A stretch of DNA of 64,000 nt from Gnetum montanum (taxonomy: Eukaryota > Plantae > Gnetophyta). Positions within the stretch are counted from its first letter, which is position 1. Every line of letters starts with the position of its first letter. The notes under the pieces are model-generated. The model did not search any database. It was not told the DNA's origin and was given only the letters and a program-made list of their open reading frames with translations. Positions 35,881 through 47,950 of this stretch are shown here, in pieces. A program made the translations under genes and the position numbers. The stretch is from positions 1-64,000 of the forward strand of contig MNCI01003361.1 in NCBI GenBank assembly GCA_015680685.1, written 5' to 3'.

Positions 35881-38800
35881 TTTCTGCTTCTCATAAAAGC
35901 ACTTCACCACCTAGGGATCACACAAGAGACCGTTAGCAATCTAACATGCATAACCGAGAACCACCAGTTCCTCAATAGTTTTGTGTGGTATATACTAGAT
36001 GAGTATATACCCGATTTTACTTTTATCCTCCATCAGGATGAACAACTGCGTTGGCGAGATTTGCAAGGTAACATAGTGTTACCCCCAGATCGGGCAGTCC
36101 CTAACATGCTCCTTCGTGCTCTTGCACAGATAGGCATAACGCAGCTATACGTTGAATACATTGTAGAAGATTATGACACAAGGGATTACCATCCCACAGC
36201 AGCGCAACGTCTAAGGGACTTGCGGCAGGAGAGTTATCATACATCGTTGAAGGGCAAAGGGGTCCCGCACATCCTAAGCGAAATTGGAGATGGTGAACCG
36301 GTTATAACAGGTTCTCCATCAAATGATGTTCCCCCTCCTAATGATGGTGAGGAGGTGGGGTATCACAACCTACACTCCACGATTCATAACCCTGGTTCTG
36401 ATCCCCATGAACACCAAGTGTTCAATGAGGGAACACAAACAAATGACAAGGGCAAGCATTTTGATCGTCATCACGATCAGGGCCGTAACCACCGAAGAGA
36501 AGGTAAGAAACATCATCATGGTGATGGTTCCCCTTCTTCTTCCCCTTCATCGCATCATTCACTCTCTCCTTCCACATCAGGACGCAGTCACAAAGAGCAC
36601 AACCGTGAGGATAAGGGTAAGGATAAGCAAAATGAGGACCCTCGATGAGAGAGTCAAGAGCGAGGATGAGGGCATTCTAGAGAATCAAGGCATGAAAGAA
36701 GGGAAAGTAGGGAACCACGTAGTCATCATAGACGTCATGAGAGAGATGATCATGACGAACCCCTACTTGCCACCCGAAGTATGTTAGATATTACGGAGGC
36801 AGTTAGAATACCTAGAAGGCACCAAAAAGATAGTCGGATCAAGAGACTAGACATGAATAATATCCCATAGTTTGAGGGGGGATACAACGTTGATTCGTAG
36901 AATCACTTACAAGCATTCCACGATGCATGTGCCTTGCAGAATATTGAAAACAAGTGGCAAAAGTTAAAGTTGTTTCTTAAGACACTCATAAAAGAAGCAA
37001 AGAGTTGGTACTAGTCCTTAGAATCGAAAACCATTAGGAGGTGGAGTACAATGCTAGAATTGTTTAACGATAAATACCAAACGTACTCTAGGGTGTCTAA
37101 CTTGCGTAAGCAGATCCAAGAAGGAAGCAGGGTACCCACGAACCCTTGGATGCTGCCATGGACCAGTATTATGCATTGCTACATCGTTGCCCAGGCCATG
37201 GTTATGCACAACGGGATCAACTACGCCATCTCGTAGATGGGCAAAGACATGAAACCAGGAGAACCCTTGGGACATATGCCCAAGGGAGATTATCTAAACT
37301 TAGATCCCATGAAGTTCATAGATTGTTGGAGCAAGTAGCTAAAGAAGAAGGGGAGCTACGGAAAAGAGAAAGCGCGGAAGAGTATAATCATGATCCTTCC
37401 CTCCGAAAGAAGGGAATAAGATTCTGTGAGGAAGAGGATGAGTCACCACTTGAAGAGTTGGTGAATAGAAAAACCTTGCTACTTCAAAAGCTAACAACGG
37501 AAGTATCGGCTAAGGTAGATGAAATATGGAGCTCCTTAGATAGTAAAATTGAAACTATCCTAAAGATCATAGAGGAGCCTAAGGAGGAACGAAGTAGTGA
37601 CCATGATAAGAAAAAGAGGAGAGATTCAGGTCATGCACGTGACAAGGGTAAGGGAAAAATGACTATTGTCGATGAGGTTGTGGATTCTGACATGGACAAT
37701 GACGGTGGATGTGAGATCTGCCAATATGACCATCATAAGGGATGTTGCCCAATAATCTCACATCTGCAAGAGTCTGGGGTGTATGCACTCAACCCAAGAC
37801 TTAACAAACGGCAAGCACCCCGAAGGTTACCTTATCCCAAAGGTAACCCAAGGCAGTTCCACCAACCGTTAACATTTTATCCAAGTGGAATTCCACCACA
37901 ACCTATCGGGCAACACTAGCAGTGGCAACACCCACAGTCATGGGGGATGCCACCGCCTAGGCAACAATACCCTTACCGGCAACTAGACCTGTATGGCTAT
38001 TACGTGCAGTAGTCGATTTCTCCAAGTAACTCTATGGGTCAAGGAACCCCACAACGTCACTACCAAGTTCGGGAGTATTTTAGGACTCCTCCTATGGGAG
38101 ACACTCCACATGCATACCATCCTCCGAATCCATCCACATCTCTTACGCTGGTAGTTCCACTACCACCCGCTCCAACGATGCAAGGGGAACTCCCCACTCA
38201 ACCGCAGCAATGTAATGCTACGAGAGCTATAAACCTTCAACCCGCTGCTGGTTTTGACAACCGCACTAAAAGAAGACCTTTCTTCAGAACCAAAAGTCCA
38301 AAAAAGCTCTCACAACCACAAGCGGTTGAGTCTATAACCATTCCTCCAACAAATAATGCTTCGAAGCTCCCTTCAAACCAACAATAGAGCTCAACGCATA
38401 CGGTTATGTTAACATATACCGTTACCGATTGGATCAAGGTGGGCCACCTTCCTAGGAAACTCTCTGACCCTGGAAGTCCCTTAATCTACCTCCAAGTTGC
38501 TGGGAATGAACCTCATAAGGCTCTTTTTGACTCAGGTTCCAGAGTCAACTTAATCTCACGAGAAATGTATAAATCCTGGAACCTGCCTCCACTCAAGAAG
38601 AACAATATTCAACTAGAGCTGGCTGACTAGTCCATCATCATTCCTTTGGGATTGGTGGAGGACATCATTACCACTGTGTGTGGTTGGTCATACCCAGATG
38701 ATTTCCTAGTGATAGAAGTCAACAGTAACAAAGGGGACTTCTCAATTATAATGGGAAAGGCATGGCCAAGCACCATAGACGCATGCCTAGGGATCTGCGA

Positions 38801-38930
38801 TTTTTTCTTGGAAATATCTAAGGAAAATATTTATGGAAAGATTGAGAAGAAGAAAGTTCCATGCATCACATACAGTGACTCAGAGGGTGATGATATGGAG
38901 GAATGCTCAGTATCTCCTACATGCAACTAG
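35881..38930 (+). pseudogene. Element A polyprotein: N-terminal extension, His/Arg/Ser-rich tract, Gag, Pro/Gln-rich linker, aspartic protease
   Basis: Gag core IP*FEG..NHLQAF..KLKLFLKTL..AKSWY*SL..IRRWSTMLELFNDKY (~36860-37090); CEICQYDHHKGC; protease LSDPGS...ALFDSGS.VNLI...LELAD...DDFLVI...IIMGKAW; several stops. Confidence 0.85.
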
Positions 38931-41146
38931 TGTGCCCAAGAAACTCAAATACAAAGGTGCCTGTATGTAGCAACCACACAACAAGAGAACACCCAGTGGT
39001 TGACAACTAATCAAAAGAGCAACTTGCCAACATGCATGGAACGAACTAGGGGAACAACTCATGCCCACAACGAAGGCATAGATACATTGGAGTATGAGCA
39101 TCACCGACTTTCACCCCTTAACTTGAAAACATCAATCGGGAGAAGTTGGACACTTCTAAGAAATTCAAATAGGCATTCATTATTTCAGATCTCTCCCTTT
39201 CCATTCAGTCATGGGAGAGATGGCCACCTATGCTAATCATTCGGGGCCCTCAGTTCTTTTAAATTTTTGTTTTGCACATTGTTGTTTTACACATTTTTGT
39301 TTTTATAATTTCTTTAACTTTTTTTGTTTTTTGTTTTACAACATCGTTTATACTTTTTCATTTTTGTGTGTGTGTGTGTTATCCATCTTATTAAGTTTGT
39401 CATTTAATAAGTGCTCTAATGATGGTATGAACTGTTTTTCTATTGGTTGCTAATGTTTGGTTTTTACCTTTAAGTTATGATGTTGATACTAAGGTATGGT
39501 TCTTTTGATATAGCAGGCAATGAGTCCATTTCATCCATACATCCACAAATTTCTATGGTCTCTCTCGCCTTGGAACTGTACAGTCCCTTTCTAATTCAGA
39601 ACTATCAACAAATTAGTGACTAGGCATTTCTCAAACTAAGGAAGGACTCAAGGATTGAAAAGGGTGTGACTTCAAGGGAACTTGATGCATTTGTGTTGGC
39701 CATTCTCTTGGGTGCTTGGATGTTTTCTTTTTGAGTTTTCCTTCCCATTCCGATGTTACTCAATTATCGGGAAGCTGAGTTAATAAAAATAACAAAGTCT
39801 TTGCATGGTGCAGTTCTCACGTATAAACACATAAAAAAAATAACAACAAAAAAACAAGAAGAAAAGAGTGAGAATTCAAAGCACACCTCTTAGACGGAAT
39901 AATCATTTGGGCTACAAGCACTGGTTATGGAACTAAAATAAACATGTTCCCTCTAATTAAGGCCCTTCTCACTTCCTATTCTCTCCTCCTTCGTTTCGTC
40001 GGAATGGTGGTGGCTCTTTGGGGGATGCATTCTTATTACTTCAAGAGGATGGGTTGGCCGAATGTATTAATGCGAAGTCACTGGATGTGGTTTGTTGAAG
40101 CCGGACTTGGAATGGGATTTGCTAAGTCACATTAACTATGAAATACACAAGGGGCTGAACACCACCTTGTTCTTGAGATTCCATTCCATTCTCTTCTTTC
40201 CATCATTCTTTCTCCATCATTCACCTCATTGCTGGTTGTATCATTAGTGTATAATTTAGTTAACATATTGTTTTCTTTTTGGTAAATTCTTGTGGTTAAG
40301 ACTTTATCTCTTGTTCCAAATGACATTCCCAGAGCCTACGGACTCTTTGAATGTGGGATTGTTAGGGCATTAAGGGCATAAGCCTGCTTTGGGGAGGACC
40401 CACTGGCATTCCTATTTGGTACCCCAGTTAAATTCTTTCCCTTCACGTTTTTGCAATCCTCTCTATTCTGTTCATTTCCATCTTGACATCCATTTCATCG
40501 ACGTTATAGTTGTCTCTTTTTCTCCATCTTTCTTGTTCTTTATTATTTCTCCATTCTATCGCTACTGAAGGTTCGCTCTTAGTCATGGGGGTCCTGATCC
40601 AATTTTTTCGATTTTCTCCTAACCCCTACACCTTCGGTAGTCACCACTATTATACCTCCAGACCCGTATCAACCATACCACAACTCAGCCAATGGACCTT
40701 TCACTGAAGCAAGGTATCAATTGCATTATAATTCATTTACCCTTGCTAATTTAAAGATTGTGTTGTGTGTGCAGATGGAAATCATACAATAATGGATTGG
40801 ACCTAGAGGGAACACTTGGAATGGATCGGTGCTAAAGAAACTATGCAAGGAACGAGATGGATGGCACACTTACGGATAGACAACAAAAGGTGCAATCTTG
40901 GCGTTGGCAGTAGCAGACTTCTTCTCTCTTCTCTCTTCTCTCTCAGCTACCAAATAAGGCCTGATGTCAAATGTATAAAGTGTTCACTCTTGTTGTCATG
41001 AACACCCGTTTTGTCATGTTCTGTAATGATGATCCATTCACATATTGTCCCATTCACCATTAGTTCCATTCAAGTCAATAATCCCATACCTTCCCAATAT
41101 TTTTGTAAGGAACTTGAGGACGAGTTTTTATTGAATCATGGGGGTA

Positions 41147-41176
41147 TGATGGGATGCGATATATCGTGTCCCATCA
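41147..41176 (+). repeat. Collapsed 30-bp palindromic 3' LTR of element A
   Basis: tgatgggatgcgata|tatcgtgtcccatca lies between the PPT and the TSD. Confidence 0.85.
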
Positions 41177-42780
41177 ACAGTTAGAGGTAATGTTTGGGAG
41201 GAGGCCCTAGGGTCTTTGCATGAGGTGGAGCAAAAGGATTTTGTGACTTATGCTAAACTCAAGGAGCTGGTCCTCAAGGCTTTTTTAATTATGGCTAAAC
41301 ATTTAGCCATGGGCTAAGAAGAGGGTGGTGTGGGAGGTGAGGTGGACAAGGAGGCAGGTGGAGATTCAATGGGAGGTCAATCTTCAATGGACGGTGGACC
41401 TGAAACAAATGGGAGACCTTCTTAAGAGGAAAAGAGTGGAGCTACTACAACTAATTGAATCATGCCAAAGTAGACAAGAGGATGATGTAGCACTACATGA
41501 ACTGTGGGAGCAGACATGAAGTCAATATGTAGGTTGGGCCATGGATGATTCACAAAGGCCTATGTTAGAGAGGTCATGGTGAGGCTTAGGACGAGGATTT
41601 GGGATGGTTGGTTTGGGCAACTTTTGGTTACATGGTTGGGGTTTTGACTTGGGGAAGGATTTGGGATAGTGGTATGTCGTGTTTTGACACTTGGCATCCT
41701 AAGGGCTGATTGAGGAATGACTGTGCCTAGCTTTAAGCTGAGATGGATGATTGTGTTTATGGGGGTGGATGGGTGGGGGGCTTGGGGGTTTTGGGAAATC
41801 TTTTGGGCTTCATGCCCTTGTGTGTGTGTGTGTGTTAATATATCTCAACATGTTCTCAAGAAAAGTATAGTTATTTAGTAATCCAACACTAACATTGTTT
41901 GGTTCATCCAAGAACGATTTACTTGGTAAACCTAATAACATCTATATAAGCCTAGGACATGAATGGATGATTAGAAACAAATGCTTATTGTCATTAGACT
42001 AGATTAGATTTACTTCTTATTATTCTCTAGTTAGTTAATATTACTATTTGTTTTTATAATGCTCTACTCTTATTAATTCAAAGCTAAAGAACATCAATAC
42101 ATCTTATACCTTACTATGGGTTAAACCATATCATTTGATTGTCATTAACTACAATAAGAAGATAATGATTAATAAGACTCATATTAACTAGCTATAGTCC
42201 ACATTTTCCATCCACAAATTATGATCTAATTATACTTGTACACTTATGACTTATATGGCTGGATATGGGCAACTCTCGTCACCCATCATTGATATCATTG
42301 TAAAGGATGATATTAATGCTATGGTTTGTTGGTATCATATAAGTTCATTGCATCAGTGTTTTATGATCTATCTTTTAAGAGATATAATCTTTTCAAACAT
42401 ACACTTAGGTCTTTATTAATTAAACATGGCTTCAACACACAAAGTAAATTCTCCACTTGCTAATGATATTAATGAAAGTAATCACAAAATTTATTCTAAA
42501 GAAAATTTCATCTTGCTAATGTAAATAAAGATTTCCTATACTCATATTGATCCATATTATCCATATTTCATCTTTACTTTTTATTAAGATAAAAAATTAC
42601 GATAAAGAATTTTGCAAGATAACATTGTATTACACTAGATTGATCAACCTCAACTATGCTTCAACTTGCTCTACTAAGATCTAGTCTTAGTCATACACAT
42701 AGAGGCTATCAAGTCACCAAGAACATGACTGGACATCTCAAGTAACACTATTGAATGGACATCTCAAGTATGAATCCAAG

Positions 42781-42876
42781 TATTGAATCCAGCTGGAAGA
42801 GTTACCATTATTGAATCAAACTGGAAGAGTTACCATTATTGAATCAAGCTGGAAGAGTTACCATTATTGAATCCAA
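42781..42876 (+). repeat. 28-bp tandem repeat, about 3.4 copies
   Basis: Unit tattgaatc(c/a)agctggaagagttaccat at 42781, 42809, 42837, partial at 42865. Confidence 0.9.
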
Positions 42877-43529
42877 GTATGAATAAAAAAAGAGTAACTG
42901 GGCATCTCAAGTAACACTACCATCAGAAAAGAAACATGTAAAGTATCAAGCTAAAAAGTCTTACCATCATCAATCCAATTCTCCACCACCTATCCTATGC
43001 AATAAAAATTGCATTTAACCTAGTAGAAACTCTTGGAAGGAATGGAATAGACCCCAAAACAAGAAGGAATCCAAGGCCTAGAACTTCTAGCAAATCCAAC
43101 AAGGAAGAATCAAGGGGCCACAGAAGAAGAGTAAGCTGACACCACTTTCCAAGTCCTTCATCCTCATCGCTCTCGTCAATAGATTTTAACAAATACAAAT
43201 GCAAACATGAAGACAAAACTCCACGAAGGGATCAAAACATGATGCTTGATGAGAACAAAAGAAGATATCAAGATATATATCAAAGAAGAGATAGATAGCA
43301 TGATAATGAGGAAAAGGAATATAAAGAAAGAAAAAGAATACATAGGAGAAGAAATAAGGAAGAACATGAAAGGAGTCTTCACTACTACAACAGATACTAA
43401 AACAAACTCAAGGATCATGATGAAACATTGGTAACCACCAAACACATGATAAACACAAAAAAAGCTATCTATATTCTGACAAGGCATCAAAGAAATAGTC
43501 ACATTAGGTAACATGACATAAATAACATT

Positions 43530-45600
43530 CTAAACTTTAAATGAGGTTATAATGGTTACCCATAACTTAAAGCTTAAGTTGTAAAAGAGTTATTTATTTA
43601 TCTAAGAAGGTATTGTGTTAAGGCATAAAATTTTAGAGAAATAAATCAAGGTGGATCCAGATCAAACAAGAGTCATATAAGGTATCACCTAGAGACCACA
43701 AACAATTAAAGATAACTAATCATTTTGTAGTCAAACTAGATACTATAGAAGCTTTATGAAAAATTTCCCGAAGATTGCAAAACTGCTAGTGGAATTGACT
43801 AAGAAAAATACATTATTCATTTGGTAAAAGTAGTATGAAAAGACATTTGAGAGTCTAAAATAGAAACTAGTAGAGACTTTAATCATATAAGCTCCAAATT
43901 GGACCATACCTTTTCACATAATGATAGATGTTTCAAATTATGCACTAGGTTATGTTGACTAAGTTAGATAATTAGAAGTGAATATATTAGATTCATTGTG
44001 CAAGCTAAAGCATTGCAGAAGCATAACTAAATTACACCACTACAGAAAAGGAGTTAATGGTTGTTGTGTATGCACTAGAAAAATTTTAATATTATGTGCT
44101 CAGCTATCTTATATATGTCCCTAATAACCACAACACCATAAGTTTTTTAATGAATAAACCTATAGTAAGTCCTTGAGTCATACAATGGCTTGTGGTTTTA
44201 CAAGAATTTGACATTACAATGATTGATCATAAAGGTATGGAGAATGTAGTAGTAGACCATTTATTTTAATCAAGATGAGAACCAAAAGATAATAAAGAAT
44301 CTTTATCAAATCAATTTCCAAATGAATTATTATTCATAAAAGTAGAAATAGTTGTAGACCCTATAGTATGAAGTCTTAACTGACAAACTACTTAACTTAT
44401 CTCACTACTCAAGAAATCCCTACTAAATGGAATAACATAAAAAGAAACAACAATTTATCCATCGGGCTATACACTTTATTGAAATTAAAGATAGTATTTC
44501 TACAATGTGTGTCGATGGATTGATCTGATGGTATGTTTTAGAGAAAAATCAAAAAAAAGTCCTACAAGATGCAGATTAGGGACCATGTAGAGGCCACTAT
44601 TTATGAAAACAAACAACAATAAAACTTCTCATGGCTAGATATATTTGGTCCACTATATTCTAAGACACACCAATTTGCATGATCTTATAAAAGATATCAA
44701 AGAGATAGAGGGATGATACCTAGATATGAAGAACACTAACAATGAATACATCCATTAGAACCATTCAATATTTGGGAAATTAACTATATGGGATCCATCA
44801 TACCAATGTCTAATGGGAAGTCATACATAATTATTGTAGTTGACTATTGCATAGAATGAGTGGAAGCTGTTGTAGTCAAAGATTACATGTCAATAGCAAC
44901 AACCAAATCTTTCTAATAGAAAGTGATGAATTGATTTGTCATACCATAAACATTGATCTTAGATAATGGAACATATTTTACAGGGACTACATTTAAGAAA
45001 CTCATGCAACATCTTGGGGTTAAACATAAACTAATAACACCATACCATCCCTAAGCAAATAGATAGGCTAAGGTAACAAATTGAGAAATTACATGATTTC
45101 TTAGTAGAACTATTAGTTGATATACGAACTAAAGCATCATGCTTGATGATGCTCTATGGGCTTATTGATCAACCTAAAAAATTCCTATAGGATATTCCTC
45201 ATATGAATTAGTATATAGTCAATTACCTACCTTGCAAATTCAAACTAAGGTATATACACTCACCATAACATGTGACTTGGATATGGACATTGATCTAGCC
45301 CAGAAGGAATGTTTAATGAATCTAAATTTGCTAGATGAAAATTTCTTAGTAGTCCTAATGTTTAATGAAATTCATAAAAAGTTCACTAAATATCAACATA
45401 ATATTAGAATCAAACAAGTTGATATAAAACTAGGCAATAAGATTCTCTATTATAATCCACATCATATTCCCCAATGTACAAAGTTTCAAACATTATGGAA
45501 GAACCTTAATATTGTTTAGCTCATGTTTAAATTTGGTACTATGTAAATTTACCATTCTAGCAATCCACCAAAGATCATTTTAGTCAATATTTAATAAGTT
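43530..45600 (+). pseudogene. Old Athila-like Gypsy pol remnant (RT C-terminus, RNase H, integrase); host element D
   Basis: GIVLRHKI, YYRSFMKNFPKIAKLL, PNWTIPFHIMIDVSNYALG, NYTTTEKELMVVVYALEKF, GPCRGHY, EPFNIWEINYMG, TPYHP*AN, DDALWAY; many stops. Confidence 0.85.
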
Positions 45601-46855
45601 AAACTGTTTAGAAATTCCCAAGCACCTTTGACTTCCATATTATCATCCACTAAGAGGATATAACTCCCTTAATTTTTTACATCTCCTCAAATTCTAGTTG
45701 TGAGGGAGTTGGATACATACTTAGGCCTTGTAAACAAAATTTATTTTTTATAGTTCGTCTTTCAATTTTTAAACATTTTTCCTAATTCTTATTTAACTTT
45801 CTAATTTCTTAATATTGTTTTAATTCTTAAGATGTTTTCTTATTCTTTCATATATTTTATTTTTTATGTACTTGTCCATTCTTTGAATCGCTTTGTTTTG
45901 CAAATTATACATATCTTCATTGTTCCGCCAATAACATCAACACTATGTGAGATTGCATTTTATTGAAAAGAATTTTGCTCTATACTATTGATTCATTGAA
46001 TGACTAGTTATACATACCATGAGACCATGTCATCCATTCCTTGATTTCTTATCATGGGCATAATGTGATTCTTAACACAATCAACTTAAAATATAACCAT
46101 GATAATTAACCTTGAAGGATAAATGAAGGACCAAGACAGATGAATAAGGATGTGCCATAAAAAAGATTTGTTGATTCCTCAATTTTCATCTTGTATTCCA
46201 TTGATACATTGTCACCACTATTTTCTAACTCTCAGAAATGATAGTTTTACCTTGTTAAGGTACTAGAAAGACATGATACAAATGCCTAATGACAATCCTC
46301 TAACAAGAAAAAATAAAACAACAACAATAACAATTAATCAAATTAATATACAAAATTATTTTTGAAGTACCATTAGAAAGACATGACCCATGCTTGAAGA
46401 TAGTCTACTTCCAAGGATTTCATGATCACTTGGACTAGTTTCATCATGTGACTAGAAAGGCATGTTACCCATGCTTGAAAGTGCACCACTAATAAGACTA
46501 GCATTGGTTATGAGTCTAGAAAGATGTGATCTATGTCTAAAGGTGCTATGCTAACCAATGACCAAGGATAATGACATTCAATACCAAATATTAATTAATT
46601 ATCATTAATAAAACTAATGATAATTTCCCAAGTTTTCTTGAAAAGTAGTCTTATATGGATTTGGAGGATGGTTGGATACATGTGATATCACTAGAATATA
46701 GAGTGAACTTAGTTTGAAATCCATATTAATAGGTGTGCTGATGTAATTAACTAAGCCTTACACACATGATTCATTGTGACCATAGTAAGGTCCTTGCATT
46801 CCATTTCATTTTATCTCTTCTTCTATCATATCACCTTATTGGTATGTATAATTAC

Positions 46856-47950
46856 TAATAAGGGATCCTTGGCCAAGACCACAAGAGGTCTATCAACGAT
46901 ATGCATAGCAAACTAGCCATAGACACCAAAGATGATTGGAATGTAAATTGCAATGTTTACTTATATATATTGTTTTGTTTAGTAAATGAAACTATTACAT
47001 TACATTCGAGATAAGTAAAGGAACCTGTGTTGGCATGATAGGAAAATTATATTTTTATATTTTTACAATTTTTTATGTATTTTAAAAATATAAATAAGAA
47101 AACTCATATAATTCCTCATGGAACAGGTGCAATGTTCATGCATGGAAAAGAAATAAAAAACATATTTGTGTCATAATCCCTTATGGGATAGGCATAATGT
47201 GGAAACCAAACATGTATGCAATCCGTGTTGCAATCCATTATGAGATAGGTATGATACTAACACACGAAAGCAATAAATCTCCTCAATCACACCCTCAATG
47301 GCCTAACACCATTCCATATAGGTATGAATTAAGGCAAGGCAAAATCATCACAAAGATCCACACAACTACACTATGGGAATTAAATTAATTATAATTTTTA
47401 AATTTAATAAATAAATTCATTAATATAGCATTCTTATCACAATTCAATAAAATAAAATTGAAAAATATAAGGAAATCAAAATGAGCTTTATTAATTGCAT
47501 AAACACTTAACTTGATGTTGACCAAGTAGTTTTGGGCTGTAAAAACATGGAAGCATTCCAATAGAGTCTCATTGCATGATGAAGTGATAACTCACAAATA
47601 CCAAAGAAAATGGATTATATACTTACCCAAGGAAGAAGGAGAATCTCTTTCATAAAGAAAATTAGAAAAATGAAAGATCCTTGTGAGCTTTTCCTATTGG
47701 GTATTTATAGTTTTTAATTTTGTAACTAAAGTGGTATGACATTATACTAGGTGTAATAATACATCACGTGCAGAAGCATGCAAAGTACAATAGTGCATCA
47801 CATGTGGTGGTGCACTAGGTGAGATAGTGCATTAAATATACATGACTACACTTTTGAGACAAGCCTAAACTATAAATTCAAGTATACATAAATCAATCCA
47901 TGCATTCAAGCTTACATAGAGATACAAAATTACAACTAGATGTCTCATCA
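46856..47950 (-). repeat. 3' LTR of element C
   Basis: taataagggatcc...tctcatca; aligns with 60538-60743 and 62567-63421. Confidence 0.8.

Larger units (their letters stand above)
34926..41176 (+). mobile_element. Non-autonomous Athila-like Gypsy LTR element A (gag plus protease only)
   Basis: TSD ACAGT (34921-34925, 41177-41181); 5' LTR 34926-35731; PBS TGGCGCCGTTGCC; PPT atgggggta before 41147; no RT, RNase H or integrase. Confidence 0.92.
34720..41864 (+). mobile_element. Non-LTR 3'-end fragment (copy 4, coiled-coil, no clear J-domain), split by LTR element A
   Basis: GC-richer segments 34720-34925 and 41177-41864 join across TSD acagt; EERVVWEVRW helix motif; G-rich 3' UTR; terminus taatatatctcaacatgttctcaagaaaa. 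Confidence 0.5.

Noticed and set aside
39211-39453. Hydrophobic Phe-rich ORFs (also 57384-57615) as membrane or env proteins
   Set aside because: They are translations of T-rich low-complexity DNA and are not conserved as protein between A and B.
42781-42876. 28-bp repeats of CRISPR-like length
   Set aside because: Units are directly adjacent with no unique spacers, there are no cas genes, and the context is eukaryotic.
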